DNA of 64,000 nt from an uncultured virus (IMG/VR IMGVR_UViG_3300023184_000088) (IMGVR_UViG_3300023184_000088:1-64000), one strand, 5' to 3'. Numbered from the stretch's first letter, positions 41,473-51,984 are shown. A program made the numbers and translations. Notes: generated from the letters alone by a model not told the origin.

Positions 41473-42831
41473 TTAGAACCCTAGTTCTGACAAATCAAAA
41501 TCATCAAAGTCGTCATCACCGTAGTCTTCGTTATCATCATCGGAACCCATTTTTTCATCGTATTCGTCTTTTTTCAAATCTTCAGTAATTTCATTTACCA
41601 TTCTTTGAATAAATTCGCTACCTTTTGGGTCACCTTCTAAAATTAATTTAGCCACTCTCATAAATTCTGGTGCCGATAATTTTGAAAATCTAACAAATAA
41701 GTAATGTTGGATATGTTTCATATCATCGTCAAATAATTTGTCAGGATATGATTCTATAAATTTTTCCCAAAATATTGGTCCTAATCTAGAATCCCATACC
41801 TCAGCAGGTAAAGTATCTTCAGCACCTAAAACCATTTCGGCTTGTCTTGGGTCATCAGGTAAACCGTGAGTACCAAACACTTCATAAACACCTTTCACCA
41901 ATTCGTGAATTAATAAAGGAAATGTCATCGCTTTTGCCTTAACTGTTGGTGGGTCGGTTTCTTCATCAACTTCACTTTGACCCATTTGACCACCACCTCC
42001 GGCTGCCATACCTTCCATATCAGGATATAACCAATATAAATGCTCCATTAAGGATTGTGTTACACCATAAAGATTCAATAAATTAGGGTCTAATCTATTA
42101 ATTTCGTCGCTAAGTAAAACATACATATGTCCACCTTTAAATGCTGCACCTTGTATAAGAGAATTAATCATTCTTCTTTTTGCCTTCTCTAAATTGAATT
42201 GTTCAAATTCGTCGGCAAAATCTTGTAATTCTTCACTATGTTCTTCAGCCTTTTTGAAGGCATCTTTAACTTCTTCTTCACTAGGTTCTGTTGGTTCTGA
42301 TTGCATTCCTTGAGCAGCACCCATTGGTCGTTGGATAAGTTGAGCGTCAAATTGTAAAGACCCTTCAGGTATGCCCAATTCTTTTTTAACCAAATTAACA
42401 GCCAAATTCTCAAGATATTCTTTATTTTGAGATTCAACTCTCATAATTTGTTGTAGACTATTCATTACGGTTTGCATAATGTTCATCATAGGGTTATTTC
42501 CTTGTATAGCGGAAGTATCACCCAAATAACGTCTTACCTTATCAACAGAGTCTTTAAAACGCTTTGAGGATATAACCTCAACATAATCAGTATCACCATC
42601 TTTTGGTAATGCCGGATGTTCAGCGTAAGGAGTTTGTCTTGAAGTTATTTTTCTCTCGATTCCCGGCTCCATTCTTTCCGGACCTTCATAGCTAATAGGA
42701 GCCTCTTTTAAATTAGATTTAATTTCGTTTAAAATTAACTGTTCTTTTTTTGTTAAACCTTCGTTAACTAATTTTTTTTCTAAATTCGCCTTTGATTTCA
42801 ATATCTTTTCCATTTTTAAATTTACACTCAT
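41473..42831 (-). CDS. Hypothetical protein
   Basis: 452-aa ORF in operon with terminase. Confidence 0.75.
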   Translation of the reverse strand: MSVNLKMEKILKSKANLEKKLVNEGLTKKEQLILNEIKSNLKEAPISYEGPERMEPGIERKITSRQTPYAEHPALPKDGDTDYVEVISSKRFKDSVDKVRRYLGDTSAIQGNNPMMNIMQTVMNSLQQIMRVESQNKEYLENLAVNLVKKELGIPEGSLQFDAQLIQRPMGAAQGMQSEPTEPSEEEVKDAFKKAEEHSEELQDFADEFEQFNLEKAKRRMINSLIQGAAFKGGHMYVLLSDEINRLDPNLLNLYGVTQSLMEHLYWLYPDMEGMAAGGGGQMGQSEVDEETDPPTVKAKAMTFPLLIHELVKGVYEVFGTHGLPDDPRQAEMVLGAEDTLPAEVWDSRLGPIFWEKFIESYPDKLFDDDMKHIQHYLFVRFSKLSAPEFMRVAKLILEGDPKGSEFIQRMVNEITEDLKKDEYDEKMGSDDDNEDYGDDDFDDFDLSELGF

Positions 42832-43760
42832 TACCCTTTAAGTTTAATACCTATTTCATTAAAAGACAACCAACTTGGTAAATTCTTTTTAATTGCTTTT
42901 GGAGCTGGTTTAGGTCCTGGTTTTGGACTATATGGTGACCCCGGTTTTTTAGGTTTTGTTCCCGGTTTAACCGTTGGTCTTGCCGGAGCAATTTCAGGAG
43001 ATTGTTCACCAATTTCTTTTTTCGCCTTTGGAGCTGGTTTAACACCAGGTTTAGGTTTGTATGGAGAATCAGTTCCCGGTTTTGTTGTTGGTTTAACTTT
43101 TGGTTTTGCAGGGGCAGTTTCTGACCCTTCATCTAAAAGACTTAAAAAATCTTTTTTACTCATTTTTGGAGTAATGTGTTTCTCAACTAATTTTGTAATT
43201 CTATTTTCCAATTCACTTACAAATTTAGGGTTTGATTGGACTTGTCCTACTTTATTTGACATAATTTTAGTGTGTGCGTTTTGTACCATATCTAAATAAC
43301 CTTCTTTAGTTTCTGTTTTCTTTTCAGGTAGTTTGGCAAAGTTAGTGTCTTTTGAAAATTCATCAGCCATTTTACACCATTTTTTTTGTTCTTTAGTTTT
43401 TCCATCACCACATTTTGCAAAAAATAATTTTTGTTGTTTTTTTGATTCAAACTTTTCGTCCACTTCACCTTCAACTGTTTCGTCTTTTTCAGACACAACC
43501 GTTAATTTTTTAGTTGCCGGGTCTATACTCATTGGAACACCTTTTTTAGACATCAAATCTTGAGCCGCTTTTCTATCAGCATCTACCGCTGGGTCAAATG
43601 TAGTTGTTGTGGAGGTTTTTGTAACCGATTCTTTAGTATCTTTTTTAGATTCCGTTAATTTACCAAATAATAAATTAACTTGAGATTCACTTAAATTTTC
43701 TAAAGTGGATGGTTTTAATCCGTGACCAATTAACTTTAATTTTTTTTGATTAGTGTTCAT
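42831..43760 (-). CDS. Hypothetical K/P-rich protein
   Basis: Likely start MNTNQKK; duplicated PxxKPGxxSPYxPKPGxKPAPKA motif. Confidence 0.7.
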   Translation of the reverse strand: MNTNQKKLKLIGHGLKPSTLENLSESQVNLLFGKLTESKKDTKESVTKTSTTTTFDPAVDADRKAAQDLMSKKGVPMSIDPATKKLTVVSEKDETVEGEVDEKFESKKQQKLFFAKCGDGKTKEQKKWCKMADEFSKDTNFAKLPEKKTETKEGYLDMVQNAHTKIMSNKVGQVQSNPKFVSELENRITKLVEKHITPKMSKKDFLSLLDEGSETAPAKPKVKPTTKPGTDSPYKPKPGVKPAPKAKKEIGEQSPEIAPARPTVKPGTKPKKPGSPYSPKPGPKPAPKAIKKNLPSWLSFNEIGIKLKG

Positions 43761-44160
43761 ATATAATTGTTTTTTCAAATTCTAAAACGATATCTCGTTC
43801 ATATAATTTATTTTTAACCGATTCTTCGGTTTCTCCAAATTTAAAAACCAACCTTTTTTGGTGGTTAAAATCAACATCATCGTTTTCATTTTCCCAAGAC
43901 AATGATATAATACCATCAATAGTATCAATCATTGAGAAATAGTCAGAGTTTTGAATTACTGACATTGTTATAACGTCATTCTTCAAAACTCCTACTTTTT
44001 TTATATGCTCTAAATCAGGTGGTAATGGGTAACCGTTAGATGGTTTTGAATCCCAATTTTCCCCCCAAATATTTTCTGAACTATCCGAAAAAATAAATTC
44101 ATATATGTTATCACCCTTATAATTTGGTCCTAATTCATTAACATATATTAAATAATTCAT
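43750..44160 (-). CDS. Hypothetical protein
   Basis: 136-aa ORF. Confidence 0.7.
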   Translation of the reverse strand: MNYLIYVNELGPNYKGDNIYEFIFSDSSENIWGENWDSKPSNGYPLPPDLEHIKKVGVLKNDVITMSVIQNSDYFSMIDTIDGIISLSWENENDDVDFNHQKRLVFKFGETEESVKNKLYERDIVLEFEKTIIYEH

Positions 44161-45623
44161 TACAATATTTGACCTTTGGTGTTTACTCTTAATTGTTTAT
44201 TGTTCATTTCAAACACTAAATTATTTTTGTTAGTTTTACCAATTAATTTTGCTTCAGGATATTTGTTAATCACTTTAGTTGACGCAACTTCTTGAGAAAT
44301 ACTTTCAGAAAGTTTTTTAATATTATTAATTTTTTCTTTTCTAACTTCCTTTAATGAAGTTGATTGTTGTATTTTAGATTCTAAAAGTTGTTTTTCTTTT
44401 TCATTAACTTTAAAATATTTTTCTAAAATACTATCAACTTTTGATTCACTAAACAATCCTTCTATCATTTCTTCCATACGACCAGAGTGGTCATTATCCA
44501 TTTCATCTTTTTTAGTTTTAACTTTAAATGGTTTACCTGTTGTTTTTTTATAGTAATCAAAATGTTTTTCACCATTGTTTGAACCAAACCATTTTTGTTT
44601 ATCACCATATTTGTCGTGTAATTGTTTAAAAGTTTCAAATTCTTCAGTGTCAAAATCATCACCAGCTATCCCATATAACTCAGAATCTTTAACTGGTCTA
44701 TCTTTTTCATCAAAATATTTATCACCTTTGAAATCTTTTCTATCTGTATTACCAAATGAACCATACATTCCTTCACCCATTTCACCACTTGGTACTTCAG
44801 GTTGTAATTCTTCATCCGGAGCCAATTCATCGGCACCCATTTCATCTGAACTATCTTCACCACCAAAAGGATTTTCATCTTCAATACCTTCTAATTTATT
44901 CATAATATCTTCTTTATCTTCTTCTTCTAAAGATTCTAAATCTAAAGCCGATAAAATAGAGTTGATAACATATTTCACATCTTTTGATGAAAGTTTTTCT
45001 TCATCTTCATTATCTTCAAGGATTCTCAATTTTTGAGCTAATTTTCCTGTCAATTTTTGAATAACTTTAAGGTTAACAACCTCGTCACCCATTTCTTGGT
45101 CATCACCTAAATCCATATCTTCTTCCGGTTCAGGTAAATCTAATTCTTCTTCAGGAGCCGGAGCGGGTGCCGGTGCAGGAGCGGGTGCTGGTGCAGGAGC
45201 CGCCGCAGGAGCTACTTGTTCTGTAGCATCTATTTTTAAAATATATTTCGTAGCGTCATTATCGCTTTCAAAAAATAAATTAACATTATTTTCTTGACCT
45301 TCATTAACATTAATTTCTTTCGCAATTAAGTTAAGTCTTTTAAAGGCTTGTGAATATGATGAATAATATTTTCTATTTTTCATAGGGTCTAAATAATCAC
45401 CTTCACCGGTAGATTCTGATATTGTTTTTTTAATTACATAACCATTTCTTTCTTTAACAATTTGATAATTGTTTCCGTCAGCCAATACTTTATTATATTC
45501 AACTGATTTATTCTCATTAATTGAATTTGGAGTACTTTCTTTATATCTGGCAATTTCCATTATACGAGTAATTTTTTCCATACCCTCTAATTTTTCACTA
45601 CCAATTGGTTTTAATTTTCCCAT
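44160..45623 (-). CDS. Acidic hypothetical protein (possible head-internal protein)
   Basis: 487 aa, AP repeat, many [IL]xE sites. Confidence 0.7.
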   Translation of the reverse strand: MGKLKPIGSEKLEGMEKITRIMEIARYKESTPNSINENKSVEYNKVLADGNNYQIVKERNGYVIKKTISESTGEGDYLDPMKNRKYYSSYSQAFKRLNLIAKEINVNEGQENNVNLFFESDNDATKYILKIDATEQVAPAAAPAPAPAPAPAPAPAPEEELDLPEPEEDMDLGDDQEMGDEVVNLKVIQKLTGKLAQKLRILEDNEDEEKLSSKDVKYVINSILSALDLESLEEEDKEDIMNKLEGIEDENPFGGEDSSDEMGADELAPDEELQPEVPSGEMGEGMYGSFGNTDRKDFKGDKYFDEKDRPVKDSELYGIAGDDFDTEEFETFKQLHDKYGDKQKWFGSNNGEKHFDYYKKTTGKPFKVKTKKDEMDNDHSGRMEEMIEGLFSESKVDSILEKYFKVNEKEKQLLESKIQQSTSLKEVRKEKINNIKKLSESISQEVASTKVINKYPEAKLIGKTNKNNLVFEMNNKQLRVNTKGQIL

Positions 45624-45699
45624 TTTTTTATTTTTGTTTTTTAAATTAATTTATATATAAATATATTCAGAATTAAAAATGTTAAAATTTTAATTCTTT

Positions 45700-46446
45700 T
45701 TATTGTATTTCATTTAAGGATAATGACTTATCGATGTACTCATTTTGAAAATCAAACAATTTTTCTAGGTATCCATTTCTTCTCAGTACCTTGAAAACTA
45801 AATTTTCATTTGATAGTTCCCCACCTTTCTCTAGTCCTGAAGTTCTATACTTTTTTAACTTATCTTTATATCTATCTATCAATTTTTTTGCGTCGTCCAA
45901 TGACTCATCTTTAGCGTTTTCAATAACATCGTCGATGGTTTTCATCCATTCTTCTGATTTTATCTTAACTGATTGGGTATCAATTTCCACATTTTCTTTT
46001 TTTGGTTCGCTAACCCATTCATCGAATAATACAGAATATTCTCCACTACTAAAATGTTTTTCAACATCATCCTGAACATACAATTCAACATCATATCCAT
46101 ATATGGTGATATTATGTTTATCGTTATATAAAGTTTTTTTTAATCTAAATAATTCTTCGTATAATGGTAATTCTTTTTTCGAAAATTGTTTAAAATCTAC
46201 AATTATATGTAAATCCACATCAGAATATTTTGACCAATTAAAATTTGCCAATGAACCTGTCATTACCACATCGGAGACAATTACATCAACACCCAAAAAA
46301 TCAATGAACTCATAAGCAATTTCTAAAAGACGTTCCCTTACTTTGGGTACCATCGTTTCTACTTCATCATCTTGTGAGTTCCAAAATTTAGGATTTAATT
46401 CGTCTTGTAATCTAAAACTGGATAATATACTTTTTAAATTGCTCAT
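45700..46446 (-). CDS. Pol-beta superfamily nucleotidyltransferase
   Basis: GSLANFNWSKYSDVDLHI (GS...DxD) and DVELYVQD. Confidence 0.8.
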   Translation of the reverse strand: MSNLKSILSSFRLQDELNPKFWNSQDDEVETMVPKVRERLLEIAYEFIDFLGVDVIVSDVVMTGSLANFNWSKYSDVDLHIIVDFKQFSKKELPLYEELFRLKKTLYNDKHNITIYGYDVELYVQDDVEKHFSSGEYSVLFDEWVSEPKKENVEIDTQSVKIKSEEWMKTIDDVIENAKDESLDDAKKLIDRYKDKLKKYRTSGLEKGGELSNENLVFKVLRRNGYLEKLFDFQNEYIDKSLSLNEIQ

Positions 46447-46476
46447 TAACTATAAATACTTAATTATTTATAATTG

Positions 46477-46719
46477 TTACAATTTTTTGTATTTGAATAC
46501 CTTTGAAATATCTGTGGTAAAAAACTTACCCTGTGATTCCGCCATTCTGAATTTTGTATATACATTATGAGGAACAGCCTCATACTCGTATTTCATACCA
46601 TTTTTAAATTCAGCGATTAATTTTTTAGTTTCTGTATCGTATTCAGTTTTTACGATATTTGTTGACTCAATTTCGTTAATAATTTTAGTCCCGTCTATTG
46701 TTTCTTTTTTTATTGCCAT
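46477..46719 (-). CDS. KTSC-domain protein
   Basis: STNIVKTEYD...LIAEFKNGMKYEYEAVP...AESQGKFF. Confidence 0.85.
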   Translation of the reverse strand: MAIKKETIDGTKIINEIESTNIVKTEYDTETKKLIAEFKNGMKYEYEAVPHNVYTKFRMAESQGKFFTTDISKVFKYKKL

Positions 46720-47017
46720 TTTTTAAAGGTGTTTCTAAATCAATTATTTGTAATTTATCCATAAGATAAGTAGTAAACTCATTATGGTCAACATCACCGA
46801 AAAAACTTCTTAATTCTGAATAAACATTATCCCTTAATGTTGAGAATTTTTGAAAGTTTCTCATAATATCATTTGGGTAATATGGGGGACTTTTAATATC
46901 CTCATCCGACCAACCCTCTCGTTGGAATGCCAATCTAAGATTCCTATAAGTTTCTATTAGTTCATTATCAATACCTAAAGTATCGATGTATTTCATCCAA
47001 GCATTTTTATAATCCAT
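46685..47017 (-). CDS. Hypothetical protein
   Basis: Likely start MDYKNAW at 47017 directly after TATTTAT; the longer ORF-track start overlaps clpC. Confidence 0.65.
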   Translation of the reverse strand: MDYKNAWMKYIDTLGIDNELIETYRNLRLAFQREGWSDEDIKSPPYYPNDIMRNFQKFSTLRDNVYSELRSFFGDVDHNEFTTYLMDKLQIIDLETPLKNGNKKRNNRRD

Positions 47018-47042
47018 TTTTATAAATATATTAAAATAATGT

Positions 47043-47073
47043 TTTGGTAATTCAAAAATATGTATTACTTTTG
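47043..47073 (+). promoter_or_regulatory. Bacteroidota housekeeping-sigma promoter (-33 TTTG / -7 TAnnTTTG)
   Basis: TTTG...TACTTTTG upstream of clpC. Confidence 0.75.
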
Positions 47074-47129
47074 TCCAATCATTTGAAATAATGAAATTAA
47101 CCCTTATACTTAAATAAAACAAATTAATT

Positions 47130-49181
47130 ATGATAGAATCTATGGATGGTAACGAAGGAAGAGGTAAGAACACAAGTGTTTCCGAATCAGCAACACCAGT
47201 GTTAGACAATTTTAGTCGAGATTTAATAAAATTGGCTGAAGAAGGGAAATTAGACCCTGTTATTGGTAGAGAAAGTGAAATTACGAGAATTGCCCAAATT
47301 CTTTCTCGTAGAAAGAAAAATAACCCAATTATTATTGGAGAACCTGGTTGTGGTAAAACCGCAATCGTTGAGGGTCTTGCAATTAAAATCTATAATGGGG
47401 ATTGTCCAAGAAACTTAATGGACAAAAGAATCGTATCATTAGATATGACATCAATCGTTGCAGGAACAAAGTATCGTGGTCAATTTGAAGAACGAATGAA
47501 AGTAATTATAGAAGAATTACAAAACGCACCAAACATCATCGTATTCATTGATGAGATTCATACCATCGTTGGAGCAGGGAATTCATCAGGGTCAATGGAC
47601 GCATCAAACATCTTTAAACCAGCTCTTGCTCGTGGGGAAATCCAATGTGTTGGAGCAACAACATTAGATGAATATAGAAAAAACTTTGAAAAAGATGGAG
47701 CGTTAGAAAGACGTTTTCAAAAAGTTGTTGTTGATTCACCAAGCAAAGAAGAGACATTACTTATCTTGGAAAACTCAAAAGATAAATACGAATCTTACCA
47801 CAAGGTAACCTATTCCAATGAGATTTTAAATCTATGTGTTGATTTAGCGGAAAGATATATCACCGATAGAGAATTTCCGGATAAAGCGTTTGACATCTTG
47901 GATGAGGTTGGTGCGAGAAGTCAGGTAGAGATTAAAACTCCGGACTCAATAGAAAAGTTGAAACTCCAAGCATTCGATATTAAACAACAAAAAATGGATG
48001 TTGTTAAACGACAAGATTATGAGGAAGCCGCAAATCTTCGTGATAAAGAAAAAAGAGTCTTAAATAAACTTGAATCTGAAAAGAAAAAGTTTGAAGAAGA
48101 ACTCCTTACAAATAAAAAAGAAATCACCATTGATTTGGTTTATGAGGTTGTATCCAATATTACCAAAATTCCAATCACCAAATTAAACTCTGATGAGACT
48201 AAATTATTATCCGAAATGGAAGTTAATTTATCAGATAAAGTTATTGGACAATCTGATGCAGTTTCAAAAATTGCCAAGTCAATTAGAAGAAGTAGAATTG
48301 GGATTAAAGACCCAAACAAACCAATTGGTTCATTTATCTTTTTAGGGTCAACCGGTGTTGGTAAAACATATTTAGCAAAACAACTCGCCAAACAAATGTT
48401 CGGTAGTGAGGATAATATGATTCGTGTGGATATGTCAGAATACCAAGAAAAACATACCATATCAAGATTAATCGGAGCACCTAGCGGATATGTTGGGTAT
48501 GAGGATGGGGGACAACTAACCGAACAGGTTAAAAATAAACCATATTCTGTTATTCTATTTGATGAGGTTGAGAAAGCTCATAAAGATATTTTCTCCACAC
48601 TTCTTCAAGTATTGGATGAAGGACACCTAACCGATAGTTTAGGGAAAAAAATCAATTTCAAAAATTGTGTGATTATTATGACCTCAAATGTTGGAGCAAA
48701 AAAATTACAAGATTTTGGTTCAGGTGTTGGTTTTAAAACTGGGTCAAGTACCTATGTTGAGGAAGAATATCGTAGAGATGTTTTGAAAAAGGAATTAAAG
48801 AAATTCTTTACTCCGGAATTTTTAAATCGTGTAGACGAGATTGTAATCTTTAATTCTTTAGTGAAAGAAGATGTTAAAAAAATTGTGAAATTAGAATTGG
48901 ACATCCTAACTAATAGATTAATTGGAATGAAATACGACATCACTTTTGATGGTAGTGTTTTAGATTTAATATCTGATGTTGGATTCGATGAAACCTACGG
49001 AGCAAGACCAATTAAACGAGCTATCCAAGACAAACTTGAGGATTTTGTGTCAGAGGAGATTATAAAAGGAACTGTGGTTGAAAACACCCCATACACAATT
49101 ATCTCTGTGGATAAAGAAATTAAATTTCAAGAAGTTGTAGAAGTTGTGAAAAAGACAAGAAAGAAAAAGGGGGATGTATAA
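47130..49181 (+). CDS. clpC: ClpC-like AAA+ unfoldase lacking the N-terminal Clp-repeat domain
   Basis: Two AAA modules (GEPGCGKT, GSTGVGKT), UVR-like middle domain, VGF putative ClpP-docking loop. Confidence 0.9.
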   Translation: MIESMDGNEGRGKNTSVSESATPVLDNFSRDLIKLAEEGKLDPVIGRESEITRIAQILSRRKKNNPIIIGEPGCGKTAIVEGLAIKIYNGDCPRNLMDKRIVSLDMTSIVAGTKYRGQFEERMKVIIEELQNAPNIIVFIDEIHTIVGAGNSSGSMDASNIFKPALARGEIQCVGATTLDEYRKNFEKDGALERRFQKVVVDSPSKEETLLILENSKDKYESYHKVTYSNEILNLCVDLAERYITDREFPDKAFDILDEVGARSQVEIKTPDSIEKLKLQAFDIKQQKMDVVKRQDYEEAANLRDKEKRVLNKLESEKKKFEEELLTNKKEITIDLVYEVVSNITKIPITKLNSDETKLLSEMEVNLSDKVIGQSDAVSKIAKSIRRSRIGIKDPNKPIGSFIFLGSTGVGKTYLAKQLAKQMFGSEDNMIRVDMSEYQEKHTISRLIGAPSGYVGYEDGGQLTEQVKNKPYSVILFDEVEKAHKDIFSTLLQVLDEGHLTDSLGKKINFKNCVIIMTSNVGAKKLQDFGSGVGFKTGSSTYVEEEYRRDVLKKELKKFFTPEFLNRVDEIVIFNSLVKEDVKKIVKLELDILTNRLIGMKYDITFDGSVLDLISDVGFDETYGARPIKRAIQDKLEDFVSEEIIKGTVVENTPYTIISVDKEIKFQEVVEVVKKTRKKKGDV

Positions 49182-49206
49182 TCCCCCCTTTAAATACCAA
49201 AAAAAT

Positions 49207-49232
49207 AACCCCACCTTTCGGAGGGGTTTTTT
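49207..49232. terminator. Terminator hairpin between convergent genes
   Basis: AACCCC.CC tttc GG.GGGGTTTTTT; a second hairpin lies at ~49166-49191. Confidence 0.75.
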
Positions 49233-49234
49233 AT

Positions 49235-50056
49235 TTAAAACTTATAAAAATATTTTGAATCTGTTTTATATAGATATTTTTTATATCCCAAATCCTGAAT
49301 CATCTTTTTACCCGTCTCTATTCCATTATAAACATCCTCAACAACCACATACTCATTTCTTGTGTGATAGTCGTAATAACCTATCGCAAAATTGATACAG
49401 GAGAAGTCAAATAGGTTCTTCAGAGCATAAACATCAGTATATGGATTTGAAAAGTATTCTTGTTCACCTTTAAAGTTTTCTGTTAAGACATTATCACAGG
49501 TCTTAAAAAATTCACTCTCTCGGTCAAACAATTGTGTTCCCATACAAAATTCTGTAACCATTCTGTTTCCTGGTGCATCAAATTGAATTCCGTATCCAAC
49601 ATTTATAAAGAAGTCAGGGTTTGCTTTTTTGGACCCGTGACATCCGGTTTCTTCAGATACAAAGAAAGCAGCCTTTAGATTTGGTAATTCTTTTAATAAT
49701 TCCAAACAAGCATAAACACCACATTTGTCATCACCACCAATACCGGTTGGATTTCCAAAATCGTTATAAGCCTTTAAAGCTGGTTTGAGTTCATATTGAT
49801 TGTTCTGTAACATCTCCTCACGAATATTTATCGTGTCTATGTTATGAACCGTATCTGTATGAGCAATAACACAGGGAAAATAATCTATAAATTCGTCTGT
49901 TTGTTTTGTTGCGTAGATATTATTATGTTCATCCACATTAAAGGGAATTCCATTTTCTTCTAACCAATTGATTAGAAATTCTACCATAAGGTCTTCTTGA
50001 TATGTTTTTGTCGGAACCGACAATACATCTTTTAATAATTGATAATTTCTTTCCAT
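49235..50056 (-). CDS. Zn-dependent peptidase, M20/M28 clan
   Basis: AHTDTV, GGDDKCG, SEETGCHG, GYYDYH. Confidence 0.85.
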   Translation of the reverse strand: MERNYQLLKDVLSVPTKTYQEDLMVEFLINWLEENGIPFNVDEHNNIYATKQTDEFIDYFPCVIAHTDTVHNIDTINIREEMLQNNQYELKPALKAYNDFGNPTGIGGDDKCGVYACLELLKELPNLKAAFFVSEETGCHGSKKANPDFFINVGYGIQFDAPGNRMVTEFCMGTQLFDRESEFFKTCDNVLTENFKGEQEYFSNPYTDVYALKNLFDFSCINFAIGYYDYHTRNEYVVVEDVYNGIETGKKMIQDLGYKKYLYKTDSKYFYKF

Positions 50057-50097
50057 AGCACAAATATAGGGAAAATAATTAACATAAAAACATTATT

Positions 50098-51459
50098 TTA
50101 ATTTATTCTAACAAAACCCTCAAATAATTCGGGTGAAACTAAAAAGTTATTAAATTCTTCTTCGGTATAACTTCTACGAGCAACACCAGTTTTAGTGAAA
50201 ACATCCATGTGTATTCTATTTGTTTCGGGGTCAATTTCTCTAATAAAAAATTCTCTACCATACGAAGTCTTACTTCTAGTATTAAGTGGGTATTTAGAGA
50301 TAACTCTATCGTAGATATTTGAGTATTCTAAAATATCCACATACTTATCAGATTCTTCTAATTCCTCAAGTATTTCATCTAATTCTTCACCTATAACAAT
50401 ATTAAGTCGTTCTTCATCAAAATCATTACATTGTATTTCATATCTATATTCATCCCATCCACCAGTATTAAATGTGTGACCAATGTCTGTTAAAACACCA
50501 TTGATATTTTTGGTGGGGTCTTGACTAATCTTGAACATTGATAATAAAAGACCAACAGTAGTATAATAAGTTCTAAAACAATCTATGTTGATTAACCCAT
50601 AATTTTGGAAAATTTCACAAATTTCATCCTTAATTTGTTTTTTAGCCTCATCGTGACGACACCCATTTTCAAGGTCCACATATTCTTCTAACATACTTTC
50701 AATTTGACCACCAAACATATCCATCAATTTTTCAGCAGCCTTTTCTTTGGTTTCCTCGCCATCTAACGAAATTAAATCAGGTGAAATATATTTTAAAATC
50801 TGTTTTAATTTAACCTTATTTTCATCTGAAAACCAACCGAAAAAATACCCCCCTTGCCAATCATCGGCGGCTACATTATAATCAACATAATCATATGTGT
50901 CGCCGTAATATGAAAATAATCTATCCACATAATAAACATCTTCTTCTTCAACCTGAAATAATTTAACATAATCCGAAATTTCATCAAAACGTAATTTGAT
51001 TGTACTTTTACCTGGATTTTTTTCATTGTAATTAAATTTATAAACTAAATCGTCAGCACCTTCCATTTCATTAGATGACACCGGTTCACCATTCTTAACC
51101 TTAACCAATAATTCATAAATTGGACTATAACCAATTATGGGTTCAAGTTCCGATTTAACTTCATCAGGTAACTCATGAAATAATTCTTTTCTATCAATAA
51201 GCCTATATCTCATAACCTCACTACCCAAATAAAGTATTTCATTATCGGGGCCTTTATGAATAACATATATTTGGATAGGTTCTTTATCTTTATCAATAAT
51301 AAAGTAAGTATCTCCATCCCGAAATTCATCCCATTTAGATTTTATCGAAGGAGGAGCGTAATATATAAAAGAATCGTAATCCATTGGTTCAACAATTAAC
51401 CAATCGTCATTGTCAAATATTGTTTTAAATTCCCCGTGAGAGTCGTTTTTATCGGGCAT
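50098..51459 (-). CDS. Hypothetical acidic protein
   Basis: 453-aa ORF. Confidence 0.75.
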   Translation of the reverse strand: MPDKNDSHGEFKTIFDNDDWLIVEPMDYDSFIYYAPPSIKSKWDEFRDGDTYFIIDKDKEPIQIYVIHKGPDNEILYLGSEVMRYRLIDRKELFHELPDEVKSELEPIIGYSPIYELLVKVKNGEPVSSNEMEGADDLVYKFNYNEKNPGKSTIKLRFDEISDYVKLFQVEEEDVYYVDRLFSYYGDTYDYVDYNVAADDWQGGYFFGWFSDENKVKLKQILKYISPDLISLDGEETKEKAAEKLMDMFGGQIESMLEEYVDLENGCRHDEAKKQIKDEICEIFQNYGLINIDCFRTYYTTVGLLLSMFKISQDPTKNINGVLTDIGHTFNTGGWDEYRYEIQCNDFDEERLNIVIGEELDEILEELEESDKYVDILEYSNIYDRVISKYPLNTRSKTSYGREFFIREIDPETNRIHMDVFTKTGVARRSYTEEEFNNFLVSPELFEGFVRIN

Positions 51460-51491
51460 AGATATTTATTTTAATAATAAATATATTTTTA

Positions 51492-51522
51492 TTTGGAATT
51501 ATCTAAAAATGTATTATCTTTG
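51492..51522 (+). promoter_or_regulatory. Bacteroidota-type promoter for tmRNA
   Basis: TTTG (51492) ... TATCTTTG (51515-51522). Confidence 0.8.
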
Positions 51523-51536
51523 TAGAGTTAAAATAT

Positions 51537-51949
51537 GGGAGTGACACGGAATTGACTATTCGTAATAGTTATTTGGGGCACGTAGTGAGATGTTCTCTAT
51601 CACTTAAATCTATGGGCACAACAATTTAGACGGAAACGTTTTAAACAAAATGGCTCTAGTAGGTCTTGTACGTCAAGATGAGCTTGTGAACGTAGCGTAA
51701 GCAAACACACATTGGGGTCGACAGACAGATGCACCTAGCAACAGAACTGTCTTAAGGTGTAATACCACCAGAAGATGTATTAGGAGTCTCGTTCAGGGGT
51801 CTACTCCAACACAAGTGAACCCGACACAGTTATTGGTGACGATGTCAAAATAGGAACCAAATATTTGTCAGTTGAGAATTAACTGAATAAACGTGTAGTC
51901 CTTAATAGGTAATACAAGTAACACCGGAGTTCGAGTCTCCGCACTTCCA
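51537..51949 (+). ncRNA. ssrA: tmRNA; predicted tag (A)GNVLNKMALVGLVRQDELVNVA at 51632-51700
   Basis: 5' GGGAGTG pairs with 3' CACTTCC-A including G3-U; GGAATTGAC D-like segment; T-arm CGGAG TTCGAGT CTCCG; UAGAC before the resume codon; smpB nearby. Confidence 0.93.
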
Positions 51950-51956
51950 CAAAAAG

Positions 51957-51984
51957 AAAAACCCATCATACGATGGGTTTTTTT
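51957..51984. terminator. Bidirectional terminator after tmRNA
   Basis: AAAAACCCATC atac GATGGGTTTTT. Confidence 0.9.

Noticed and set aside
49174..49395. 73-aa + strand ORF after clpC
   Set aside because: Crosses two terminator hairpins and lies antisense to the peptidase gene
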